NCBI GenBank assembly: GCA_965237675.1 | Contig: OZ250150.1 | Coordinates: 3,200,001 to 3,264,000, forward strand | Direction: 5' to 3' | Source of the DNA: Candidatus Latescibacterota bacterium | Lineage (GTDB): Bacteria > Latescibacterota > UBA2968 > GCA-2709665 | Length of the DNA: 64,000 bases | Part shown: piece after piece, positions 37,222 to 46,509 of the stretch | How the letters are laid out: each line of letters opens with the position of its first letter | Numbering within the stretch: position 1 is the first letter of the stretch | Notes under the pieces: model-generated | Told to the model about the DNA's origin: nothing | Database searches by the model: none | The model's input: the letters and a program-made list of their open reading frames with translations, nothing else | Position numbers and translations under genes: made by a program

Positions 37222-38616
37222 ATGAGCAAGACCAAGATGTGGGGCCCAGAGGCGTTCTGGGGTATGGACTACGACTGGGATCCCCAGTGGTTATTGACGC
37301 CTGAGCAGGAAGCGCTCCAGGCGAAACTGATCGAACTCTGCCGGACAACGCTGCGGAATAACGCTGTCGAGAGCGATCGGAACCTGGTGTTTCCGCGGAA
37401 GAACTTCGAGGCGCTGGCTTCGCTGGGACTGCTGGGATTGATTGTGCCCGGGGAATGGGGAGGTCTGGGGGAGAACCATACGTGCACGGCGATGGTGGTG
37501 GAGACGCTTGCGCGATACGGTTGCGCCAGTACGGCGATGTGTTACACCATGCACATCGGCGCCGTGGCCGCGTCCATGTTCCGGGCGCACGACAACCCGA
37601 CGATTCAGGACTTGATGAAACGCCTCGACAGAGATGTCTTGGTGGGCACGTTATCCTATTCGGACCCCGAGACGGGTTCTCATTTCTGGTATCCGATTTC
37701 GTCGGGGGCCGAGCGGGTGGCGGGAGGCTGGAAGGTGCGCAAGAAGGCGTCGTGGACGACATCCGCGGGTTTTGCCGACTGGTACATCGTGCAGACGACG
37801 AGTCCGGATTTCGGAGGGGACTATTCAGATCTGTCCTGCTTTCTCGTGATGGCCGACGAGGTGAAAGCGGAGCCGTCCCTCTGGGATGGTCTGGGATTGC
37901 GGGGGAATCAGTCCGGCACGCTGGAGGTCGACAACGTGACGATGCCGGAGGACAGACTGGTGGGGCCCGTGGGCGACGGAGCGAACTCCAACGACGAGAC
38001 GGTGGATCCGTTTTTCCTGTTGTGCTCATCGGCATGCTGGAACGGGATTTCATTGGGGATGATCGATATCGCCAGGCGACACACAACAGCCAAACGGCAT
38101 GAGGATGTGGGCATGCGGGTGGCGGACTATCCCACGATCCAGGATTATGTGGGCGAGGCCGTGATCGATACCAATACCTCCCGTTCCTTTGTCTACCTGA
38201 TGGCCAGTGCGATGGACGATGTCACGAATCAGTGCGACTGGTCGATCCACGCGGATCTCTCGTGTATGCCGAGGTCACAGGTGCTGCACTGGATGTGGCA
38301 GGTGAAGTTCACGGCGGCAAAGAATGTGGCGAACGTCTCCGACAAGATGCTCCATGCGTGCGGCGGAACGGGGTACAAACCCGCTCTGGGTATCGAACGT
38401 TATCTGCGTGACGGCAAGGCGGGGTGGGTGATGGGGCCCACCAACGAGATCCTCCGCCAGTTTGTGGGCAAGAGCGTGTTGCTGGGATTCGACTCGCTGG
38501 ACTATTGGAACCAGTCCGTGAACGAGCGAATACTGAGGAACGAACTCAAGAAGATGGACGGCGAGAAAAAGAAGAAACTCGCACGGGAGCTTCTGGCTGA
38601 GGCCGATGAGGGGTGA
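37222..38616 (+). CDS. Acyl-CoA dehydrogenase-fold flavoprotein (possible group D monooxygenase)
   Basis: LIVPGEWGGLG, SYSDPETGSH, KKASWTTSAG, WDGLGLRGNQSG, IERYLRDGKAG. GGGAGG RBS. Stop overlaps the tdm start (TGATG). Confidence 0.85.
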   Translation: MSKTKMWGPEAFWGMDYDWDPQWLLTPEQEALQAKLIELCRTTLRNNAVESDRNLVFPRKNFEALASLGLLGLIVPGEWGGLGENHTCTAMVVETLARYGCASTAMCYTMHIGAVAASMFRAHDNPTIQDLMKRLDRDVLVGTLSYSDPETGSHFWYPISSGAERVAGGWKVRKKASWTTSAGFADWYIVQTTSPDFGGDYSDLSCFLVMADEVKAEPSLWDGLGLRGNQSGTLEVDNVTMPEDRLVGPVGDGANSNDETVDPFFLLCSSACWNGISLGMIDIARRHTTAKRHEDVGMRVADYPTIQDYVGEAVIDTNTSRSFVYLMASAMDDVTNQCDWSIHADLSCMPRSQVLHWMWQVKFTAAKNVANVSDKMLHACGGTGYKPALGIERYLRDGKAGWVMGPTNEILRQFVGKSVLLGFDSLDYWNQSVNERILRNELKKMDGEKKKKLARELLAEADEG

Positions 38617-40949
38617 TGCCTGCAAACGTCCAAACGATGGGGTCAGGATTGTTGAGATGGTCCCCCGGCAGGGAGCGCTACCGGGTGCCGGGCGGTGGGG
38701 CGATCGCCCTGGCGCTGGCACCGGGCGATCGGTTGGAGGTCGTGGACGTGGAGGGACGCCAGCGCTGCGAACTGGGCGTTTTCGGTCCGGATGGGAGTGC
38801 AGACGCGTCGCGGCTGGGTCTCCGTGCAGATGGCACGATAGCGGGTTTCGCGGCCGCGCTTGAGCGCGGGAACGAGAGCGCGCAGGCTGCTGCCGCGACA
38901 CTGCGGCGGAGGGGCATCGATCTGGCGGACGCGCCGGCGGTACAGGTCTTCGGCGGAGAGACGGTAGCAGGCGCCGAAGCGTGTTTCGCGGCCCTGCGGG
39001 ATGCCGTATGCGTGATTGCGGCGCCCGGCGGCCCGATGAGGGCAGATGCCCAGGATCCCCCCACGGACCTGGAGGTGGTGGTCAGGCGTACGCTTGCCCA
39101 AATGAAGGAACGCCCGCCGCTTCCCGCGCCCCTGGGAGACCTGCGTCTCGATTTGGAGGTGGACAGGGCGTCGGCAATCGCCTACGAGGTGAAGGCCGGG
39201 GAATACATCCAGGTCATTGACGTGGCGGGTCGCCAGTGTTCCGACTTTCTGGCATTCGACAGCAGACAACTGCAACGTGGGGTGGAACGAGGGTTGGATG
39301 CGACCACAACGCGGACGCTGACGGGCGCCGCCTATCCCGGCCCGGGCCTGTATTCGAAGTTTTACGATCAGGATATGCGGCCGCTGGTCGAAGTCGTTCG
39401 AGATACGGTGGGACGACACGATACGTTTGCGCTTGCGTGCACCGCGAAATATTACGAGGATATGGGGTATCCGGGCCACGTCAATTGTACGGACAACTTT
39501 AACGCGGCATTGGACCCGTACACAATACAGCCCCGGCGTGGCTGGCCCGCGGTGAATTTTTTTTACAATACGAGAATCGACCAGGATAACGTCCTGGTCA
39601 TGGACGAGCCCTGGTCTCGCCCGGGCGACCACGTACTTTTAAGAGCATTGACCGACCTGGTCTGCCTATCGTCCGCGTGTCCTGACGATATCGATCCCGC
39701 CAACGGCTGGGACCCGACGGAGATCCAGGTCCGCGTCTACCCCGAGCGGTACCGGTTTTCCAGAGGGATCGCGCACAGAATGACCCCAGACGCCGAGCCG
39801 AGGTTGACCAGGGAGACGGCGTTCCACGCGCGTACCTCGGCCATGACACGCGATTTCGAGGAGTATCGCGGCTACTGGCTGCCGTCGCGTTTTACCGCGA
39901 GCGGGGTCGTGGAGGAATACTACGCCTGCCGCGAGTCTGCGGTTGTGATCGATCTCTCCGCGCTTCGAAAGTTCGAAGTCCTGGGGCCGGATGCCGAGGC
40001 GCTGTTGCAGCATACGCTCACGCGCGACGTTCGCAGGCTTTCGGTTGGGCAGGTGACGTATTCGGCGATGTGTTACGAAACGGGCGGGGTGCTGGACGAC
40101 GGCACCCTGTTTCGGCTGGGATCTGAAAATTTCCGCTGGATCTGCGGCGATGATTATGGCGGTACGTGGCTGCGTGAGCAGGCAGGTCGGCTGGGTCTGC
40201 GTGTATGGGTGAGGAACTCGACCGATCAACTCCACAATCTTGCCGTGCAGGGTCCCGACAGCCGGGATATCTTGCGCAAAGTCATCTGGACGCCTCCGTC
40301 CCGCCCTTCGCTGGATGAATTGGGCTGGTTCCGTTTTACGGTGGGCCGAATGGGTGACGACAGCGGCCCGGCGGTGGTGGTTTCCAGGACGGGCTATACA
40401 GGCGAACTGGGTTATGAGATCTGGTGCCATCCCGACGACGCGCTGCGGGTATGGGATGGCGTCTGGGAGGCGGGTCAACCGCACGGCCTTGCCCCGATGG
40501 GACTGGAAGCCCTGGACGTGCTGCGGATCGAGGCGGGGCTGGTTTTTGCGGGCTGTGAGTTTGACGATCAGACGGATCCGTTCGAGGCGGGCATTGGCTT
40601 TACAGTTCCTCTCAAACGCAAGCACGAAGATTTCGTCGGTAGAGAGGCGCTGGTTCGCAGGCAGGCGCATCCGGAACGGGTGCTGGTGGGGCTGGAGGTG
40701 TCCGGAAACGAACCCGCCGGTACCGGCGATGACGTCTACGATGGGCGCGGTCGTGTGGGCGTGATTACCAGCGGCACCCGTTCGCCCATTCTGCGTAAGA
40801 ATATCGCGCTTTGCCGCATCGCGGTCGGGTACGCCAGGAATGGCGTTGAAGTGGAGGTGGGAAGGCTGGACGGCCACCAGAAGCGTATCCCCGCCCGGGT
40901 GGTGCGGTTTCCGTTTTACGATCCGGGGAAGACCCGGCCGCGTTCCTGA
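38616..40949 (+). CDS. tdm: Trimethylamine-N-oxide demethylase (DUF1989 + GcvT-like aminomethyltransferase)
   Basis: GRQCSDF, DTVGRHDTFALAC, GHVNCTDN, SACPDDID, then DLSALRKFEV and SRTGYTGELGYE. About 777 aa, matching the Tdm architecture. Confidence 0.85.
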   Translation: MPANVQTMGSGLLRWSPGRERYRVPGGGAIALALAPGDRLEVVDVEGRQRCELGVFGPDGSADASRLGLRADGTIAGFAAALERGNESAQAAAATLRRRGIDLADAPAVQVFGGETVAGAEACFAALRDAVCVIAAPGGPMRADAQDPPTDLEVVVRRTLAQMKERPPLPAPLGDLRLDLEVDRASAIAYEVKAGEYIQVIDVAGRQCSDFLAFDSRQLQRGVERGLDATTTRTLTGAAYPGPGLYSKFYDQDMRPLVEVVRDTVGRHDTFALACTAKYYEDMGYPGHVNCTDNFNAALDPYTIQPRRGWPAVNFFYNTRIDQDNVLVMDEPWSRPGDHVLLRALTDLVCLSSACPDDIDPANGWDPTEIQVRVYPERYRFSRGIAHRMTPDAEPRLTRETAFHARTSAMTRDFEEYRGYWLPSRFTASGVVEEYYACRESAVVIDLSALRKFEVLGPDAEALLQHTLTRDVRRLSVGQVTYSAMCYETGGVLDDGTLFRLGSENFRWICGDDYGGTWLREQAGRLGLRVWVRNSTDQLHNLAVQGPDSRDILRKVIWTPPSRPSLDELGWFRFTVGRMGDDSGPAVVVSRTGYTGELGYEIWCHPDDALRVWDGVWEAGQPHGLAPMGLEALDVLRIEAGLVFAGCEFDDQTDPFEAGIGFTVPLKRKHEDFVGREALVRRQAHPERVLVGLEVSGNEPAGTGDDVYDGRGRVGVITSGTRSPILRKNIALCRIAVGYARNGVEVEVGRLDGHQKRIPARVVRFPFYDPGKTRPRS

Positions 40950-41066
40950 TTGCGAAGCAACTTGCAAGTGCCGTCACGGAACGCCCGCCCGCCCCGTTTG
41001 AGGCCGCCGCGTGGCCCGCGGCGGTTGGCGCCGTATGCGACATTCCTCGCAGGAAAGGGGCATGGA

Positions 41067-41555
41067 ATGGCGTTAGATCCAATGGAGCAACGGCGGATTA
41101 TGGGTTGTTTTGCAACCGGCGTGACCGTTGTGACGACGGTTTCGGGCGGCGAGACCCGAGGGATGACAGCCAATGCGGTAACCTCGCTGTCCCTGGATCC
41201 TCCGCTGGTGATGGTGGCGGTGGACAAGGACGCGCAGATGCACGGGTACTTGAGGGGAAGCCGGTATTTTGCATTGAATATTTTAAGCGAGGACCAGGAA
41301 GCGCTCTCCACGCAATTTGCGCGCCCCGGAACCAAGGATTTTTCGAACGTGCCGACAACGACGGTTCGTACCGGGGCGCCGGTGTTCGTGGAGGCCCTCG
41401 GTTACGTGGAGTGTCGGCTCGTGGACGTATTGCGGGCTGGCGATCACGATATTTTCGTTGGAGAGATTGTGGCGGGCGATGCGGGGGACGGTCTTCCGCT
41501 GTTGTTTTACCGGGGAAAGTATCGGCGGATGATTGACGACGCGCCGCACGTCTGA
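41067..41555 (+). CDS. Flavin reductase (HpaC-like)
   Basis: FATGVTVVT, GMTANAVTSLSLDPPLV, AGDHDIFVGEI, PLLFYRGKY. Confidence 0.92.
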   Translation: MALDPMEQRRIMGCFATGVTVVTTVSGGETRGMTANAVTSLSLDPPLVMVAVDKDAQMHGYLRGSRYFALNILSEDQEALSTQFARPGTKDFSNVPTTTVRTGAPVFVEALGYVECRLVDVLRAGDHDIFVGEIVAGDAGDGLPLLFYRGKYRRMIDDAPHV

Positions 41556-41609
41556 TGCATTTTCATCGCATATGCGATTGCTTTCTTCAAGTTCATACGG
41601 GGGATAGAT

Positions 41610-43004
41610 ATGGATAACGAACTCAGTGCGTTGACCGTCATTTTTACCGAGTTCTATTACTGGGTATGTATTGTACTCATGTTCCTGATCCACGTCGGCT
41701 TCTGTCTATACGAAGTGGGTGTGTCCAGGCGGAAAAACATGATGCACACCCTGATGAAAAACGCAATGCTGATTCCCCTGGTGACCGTGACGTTCTATTT
41801 TTTCGGGTGGTGGATCTATTTTGCAGTGCAAAACGGTCCGGGTATCACGGGCGGGCTGATTGAAGCCGCATGGGCTGCGCCCTGGAATGAACTGATGGGC
41901 ACCCATATGGGCGGCAAACCGCATAGTGAGGGGTTGACAAAGGCGGATACGGCTCTCTGGGCGCGGTTGAACGGCGTGTTCTGGGCGGCGTTCCTGCTGT
42001 TTTCCTGGACGGCGGGTTCGATTCTATCGGGCGCGGTGATTGAGCGCATCCGATCCAGCGCGTTCTGGATTTTTGCCGTGTTGGTGGGTTCCATCACGTG
42101 GGTGATCGACGCGGCCTGGGGATGGTCGGCCGACGGGTGGATGGTGCAGGTACTGGGGTATCACGACGCGTATGCGTCGGGCGTGATCCACGCCATCTGT
42201 GGCGGATCCGCGCTGGCGATTCTGTATCACCTGGGACCGCGCATCGGCCGGTTCAAGCCGGACGGCGCCCCGAGGAATTTCCCTCCGCACAACACCTGGC
42301 TGGTGATTATCGGACTGTTCCTGATCTATACGGGATTCTGGGGCTTTTATGCGGCTTGCAACGTGCCCATTATGGATATCGATCCCTCCGCCGACCGGGC
42401 TTTCTTTTCGGCAACCACGATTTATCTGACCGCGACGACGTTGAGCGCCATTACCTTCAACTTCCTGATGTCGCTCGCAGGTGGATTGATGATGGGGTAT
42501 TTCGTGTCCAAGGGCGATCCGTACTGGACATTTTCGGGCGGATTGGCGGGCATCATCACGGCGTCGGCGGGAAACGATCTGTACCATCCGATGCAGGCGC
42601 TTCTCATCGGCGCATTCGGTACGTTCTGCATTTACAAGTTGCACAATTGGGTCGAACGCCGTTTCAGAATTGACGATGCCGTGGGGGCCGTTGCCGTGCA
42701 TGGTTATGCCGGGGTGATCGGGGTGATTGTCGCAGGATTCGTACTCTGGGGGTATCCGGGTGCGAACCCCGCGTACGCCCCGATTACGCCGTGGGGACAG
42801 ACCCTAGGCGCCGTCATTATGTTTTTCGTGCTGGGTTTTCTACCTTGTTACGTCGTGGGGGCAATCCTCAAAAAGCTCGGGGTTCTCCGCATCCCGCGGC
42901 GAGTTGAACTGGCGGGTATGGATCACCGGACGATCGAGAACGAAACGGCGGATGCGAGCGATCTCGTTCAGCTCGAAATTGAGGAAGCGCAAGGAGGAAA
43001 CTAG
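41610..43004 (+). CDS. amt: Ammonium/methylammonium transporter (Amt family)
   Basis: Multi-pass membrane protein. SILSGAVIER, twin His (GVIH, AVAVHG), LGPRIGRF, RIDDAVGA. Confidence 0.88.
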   Translation: MDNELSALTVIFTEFYYWVCIVLMFLIHVGFCLYEVGVSRRKNMMHTLMKNAMLIPLVTVTFYFFGWWIYFAVQNGPGITGGLIEAAWAAPWNELMGTHMGGKPHSEGLTKADTALWARLNGVFWAAFLLFSWTAGSILSGAVIERIRSSAFWIFAVLVGSITWVIDAAWGWSADGWMVQVLGYHDAYASGVIHAICGGSALAILYHLGPRIGRFKPDGAPRNFPPHNTWLVIIGLFLIYTGFWGFYAACNVPIMDIDPSADRAFFSATTIYLTATTLSAITFNFLMSLAGGLMMGYFVSKGDPYWTFSGGLAGIITASAGNDLYHPMQALLIGAFGTFCIYKLHNWVERRFRIDDAVGAVAVHGYAGVIGVIVAGFVLWGYPGANPAYAPITPWGQTLGAVIMFFVLGFLPCYVVGAILKKLGVLRIPRRVELAGMDHRTIENETADASDLVQLEIEEAQGGN

Positions 43005-43013
43005 AGAGGGCCT

Positions 43014-44699
43014 ATGCGCGAGGATGGAGTGTTGCCGGATATCGAGATCGCGAGGCAGGCCGATTTGCTACCCGTTGTCCGGGTTGCTCAGAAAATGGGC
43101 GTGCCCGAAAATCATCTCGAGCTGTACGGCAGGTACAAGGCCAAGGTTTCGATGGATTTTTACGACGGCCTGGCAGGAAATCCAACGGGCAAGCTGGTCC
43201 TGGTCTCGGCGATCAACCCGACGCCTGCCGGAGAGGGCAAGACAACCACGACGGTGGGTCTGGGCGATGCGCTGAACCGGCTGGGAAAGCGCACGGCCAT
43301 CTGCCTGCGGGAACCTTCTCTTGGCCCCTGTTTCGGCATGAAAGGGGGCGCGGCGGGCGGAGGGGCGTCTCAGGTTGCGCCGATGGAGGACATCAACCTG
43401 CACTTTACGGGCGATATCCATGCAATCGGTGTCGCTCACAATCTACTGGCCGCGGCGCTGGACAACCATATTCACCACCGGAACAGGCTGGATATCGATC
43501 TCCGGCGCATCCTGTGGAAACGCGCCATGGATATGAACGACCGGGCGCTGCGGGATATTGTCATCGGTCTGGGAGGCAGGGGGAATTCCCTCCCTCGCGA
43601 ATCGGGTTTTGAGATTACGGTCGCGTCCGAGGTGATGGCCATCTTGTGCCTGTCCGAATCGCTCGAGGAACTGCGGGAACGGCTGGGCAGAATCATCGTG
43701 GCATATACACGTGGGAACGAACCGGTCACCGCAGCCGATCTCAATGTGCACGGCGCGATGGCTGTGCTGTTGCGAGACGCCCTGAAACCGAATCTGGTCC
43801 AAACGCTCGAGAACAACCCGGCAATTGTCCACGGCGGCCCGTTCGCCAATATCGCTCACGGATGCAATTCGGTGATTGCGACCAAGCTGGCGATGCGTCT
43901 TTCCGAATATACCGTAACCGAGGCCGGGTTCGGCGCGGACCTCGGCGCGGAAAAGTTCCTGAATATCAAGTGCCGGCAGTCCGGCATTCGCCCCGACGTG
44001 GTGGTGCTGGTGGCGACCGTCCGGGGTTTGAAATACCACGGCGGCGTGTCGCTCAGGCGGCTTGGGTTGCCCAACATGGCCGCGCTTGAAAAGGGGTTGG
44101 ACAATCTGAAAAAGCATGTCGAGAATATTCGACATTTCGGCTTGCCCGCCGTCGTGACCGTGAATGCTTTCCTTTCTGACACCCCGGGCGAGGTCAGTCT
44201 GATTCAGGACAAATGGGCCGACATGGATGTGCCGATCGTACCATCAGACCACTGGGCACGAGGGGGGGCCGGGGCGGAGACGCTTGCCCGTACGGTGGTT
44301 GAAACTGCGGAGACGACGAACCCCGATTTCACCCTTCTCTATAGTGATAATCAGGGGTTGTGGGAAAAGGCCCGAATCGTGGCTCGGGAGATCTATGGTG
44401 CGGCCGACATTGTGGGGGACAGACGCCTCAGAACCAGGTTCAAGAGGCTGGAGGAAGAGGGATTCGGAAGTCTGCCGGTATGCATGGCCAAGACCCAGTA
44501 TTCGCTTTCGACCGAACCGGGATTGAAAGGTCGGCCCGCGGGCTTCGACGTGCCCATCCGCGACGTGCGGGTGTCTGCCGGAGCCGGTTTTGTTGTGGTG
44601 TTCACCGGCGATGTCATGACGATGCCCGGGCTCCCGCGAACGCCTTCCGCCGAAGCAATCGATTTTGATGAAGCCGGACAGACCGTCGGCCTGTTCTGA
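43014..44699 (+). CDS. fhs: Formate--tetrahydrofolate ligase
   Basis: [65 protein letters not shown]. Confidence 0.97.
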   Translation: MREDGVLPDIEIARQADLLPVVRVAQKMGVPENHLELYGRYKAKVSMDFYDGLAGNPTGKLVLVSAINPTPAGEGKTTTTVGLGDALNRLGKRTAICLREPSLGPCFGMKGGAAGGGASQVAPMEDINLHFTGDIHAIGVAHNLLAAALDNHIHHRNRLDIDLRRILWKRAMDMNDRALRDIVIGLGGRGNSLPRESGFEITVASEVMAILCLSESLEELRERLGRIIVAYTRGNEPVTAADLNVHGAMAVLLRDALKPNLVQTLENNPAIVHGGPFANIAHGCNSVIATKLAMRLSEYTVTEAGFGADLGAEKFLNIKCRQSGIRPDVVVLVATVRGLKYHGGVSLRRLGLPNMAALEKGLDNLKKHVENIRHFGLPAVVTVNAFLSDTPGEVSLIQDKWADMDVPIVPSDHWARGGAGAETLARTVVETAETTNPDFTLLYSDNQGLWEKARIVAREIYGAADIVGDRRLRTRFKRLEEEGFGSLPVCMAKTQYSLSTEPGLKGRPAGFDVPIRDVRVSAGAGFVVVFTGDVMTMPGLPRTPSAEAIDFDEAGQTVGLF

Positions 44700-44837
44700 A
44701 GGTGACGGTCAGGATCGCCATTGCGGCGTAACAAGGCACCCGGGAAGTGTGACGTCTTCCGGTGTGAGAGGCTATTGCAAGGGGTTTCGCATTAGATTTC
44801 TCGTTATTTTGCGTACACCAATGTAAGGAGGCGGCAG

Positions 44838-45068
44838 ATGAGAACGGGTTTGATAGACACGTGGGTGGGGAATCCGGCTGACGTGGGTCCGATGTATCCC
44901 TTTGTCGGGTACGAGGTTCCTCTCTTCGTGGTTTGTCTTGGCTTGTGGATAGCGTATACGTTTTGGCAGATTAGACACGAGAGAGCGAATTATCGGGACG
45001 AGTTGGATCACTTGGTCGAGGCGAGTCATCTCGCAACGGCAATAGAAGGTGAAGGCAAGAATTTCTAA
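44838..45068 (+). CDS. Small single-pass membrane protein
   Basis: AAGGAGG RBS, GPMYPFVG motif, one hydrophobic segment. Confidence 0.75.
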   Translation: MRTGLIDTWVGNPADVGPMYPFVGYEVPLFVVCLGLWIAYTFWQIRHERANYRDELDHLVEASHLATAIEGEGKNF

Positions 45069-45094
45069 CCTTGATTCTTGAGGGAGATCTGACG

Positions 45095-46429
45095 ATGACG
45101 CTGGACCAGGTAAAAGAATTCGTAGCCAGGAATGGAATAGACTTTTTTTTGTGTTCGTTTGTGGAGATGGGCGGGATGCCAAAGGCCAAGGTGGTGCCCG
45201 TCACACACCTTGACGACATGGCCTCGGATGGCGCGGGTTTCGCGGGGTTCGCGGCCGGGAATATGGGGCAGGGGCCGCACGATTCCGATATGATGAACAT
45301 ACCGGATTTTAATTCGATGACCGTATTGCCGTGGCGCAAGAATACGGCGTGGGTGGCGGGCAATATCCAGGTCGAGGGAGAGTCCTACGGGTATTGTCCG
45401 CGGACGATTCTGCGGCGGCAACTTGAAAAGGCGGAGGCGAAGGGATATCGGTTGAATCTGGGCGTGGAAGCGGAGTTCATCCTCCTGAAAAAAGACGACC
45501 AGAACAACTATGCGCTGGCCGATCCGCTGGACACATTGGAGAAGCCCTGCTATGATCTCGTAACCTTGCATCGCAACCTGGACGTAATGACCACGCTGAT
45601 CGGGTATATGCAGGAACTGGGTTGGGAACCCTATGCCAACGACCACGAAGACGCAAATTGCCAGTTCGAGATCAACTGGACCTATTCCGACGCGCTGACC
45701 ACCGCCGATCGGCAGACGTTTTTCAGATGGATGGTGAAAGTGAACGCGGAGCGGCACGGATACCACGCGACCTTTATGCCGAAGCCATTTTCACACCTGA
45801 CGGGAAGCGGAGCGCATTATCACCTGAGCCTGTGGGATCCTGAGAACAGGACGAACCTGTTTCTCGACGAGGCGGATGAAAACGGCCTGTCGAAGGAAGC
45901 CTACTGGTTTATGGCGGGTATCCTTAACCACGCAAAGGGGATTTCGGCCGTTTCCGCGCCGCTCGTGAACAGCTATAAGCGCCTAACGAGGGGCGCACCA
46001 CGTTCGGGCGCGTCATGGGCGCCGATCTGCATCACCTATGGCGGATCAAACCGGACACAGATGATTCGAATCCCGGGCGCGGGCCGTATCGAGAATCGGG
46101 CCGTCGACGGGGCGGCCAATCCATATTTGACGGCCGCGGCGATGCTGGCAGCCGGGCTCGATGGCATCGAAAACCGCATGGAACCGGGCAAACGCAACGA
46201 GGGCAATCTCTACGAGGTGCCCGAGAGCGAGTTGCAAGCGCAGGGTATCGACCTGTTGCCGGGTACCCTTGCGGAGGCGGCCGATCATCTGGCGGCCGAC
46301 GATGTGCTCCGGGAAGCGCTGGGCACTGAGTATGCGGACTATTACGTGCAGGTGAAGCGCGAAGAGTGGGCGGAGTACCATCTGCACGTCGACCAGTGGG
46401 AGCGGGAACGCTATCTGCCGATTTACTAG
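45095..46429 (+). CDS. gmaS: Gamma-glutamylmethylamide synthetase (GlnT-type glutamine synthetase family)
   Basis: AKVVP, DGAGFAGFA, NDHEDANCQFEINW, TFMPKPF, NRTQMIRIP, DGAANPYL. Context with mgsC and tdm. Confidence 0.82.
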   Translation: MTLDQVKEFVARNGIDFFLCSFVEMGGMPKAKVVPVTHLDDMASDGAGFAGFAAGNMGQGPHDSDMMNIPDFNSMTVLPWRKNTAWVAGNIQVEGESYGYCPRTILRRQLEKAEAKGYRLNLGVEAEFILLKKDDQNNYALADPLDTLEKPCYDLVTLHRNLDVMTTLIGYMQELGWEPYANDHEDANCQFEINWTYSDALTTADRQTFFRWMVKVNAERHGYHATFMPKPFSHLTGSGAHYHLSLWDPENRTNLFLDEADENGLSKEAYWFMAGILNHAKGISAVSAPLVNSYKRLTRGAPRSGASWAPICITYGGSNRTQMIRIPGAGRIENRAVDGAANPYLTAAAMLAAGLDGIENRMEPGKRNEGNLYEVPESELQAQGIDLLPGTLAEAADHLAADDVLREALGTEYADYYVQVKREEWAEYHLHVDQWERERYLPIY

Positions 46430-46465
46430 TGTTCTGTACCGGAAATAGATCGCCGAAATTCGGCC
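46426..46465 (+). repeat. 40-bp dispersed repeat, copy 2 (provides the gmaS stop codon)
   Basis: CTAGTGTTCTGTACCGGAAATAGATCGCCGAAATTCGGCC. Confidence 0.85.
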
Positions 46466-46509
46466 CATCGGGAACTGTGCAGTTTCGGGTAACGTCGCGA
46501 GGTTCGTTT

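Noticed and set aside
45095-46429. Call as housekeeping glutamine synthetase GlnA
   Set aside because: GAGFAGFA and NDHEDAN motifs and the mgsC/tdm context fit GlnT/GmaS better.
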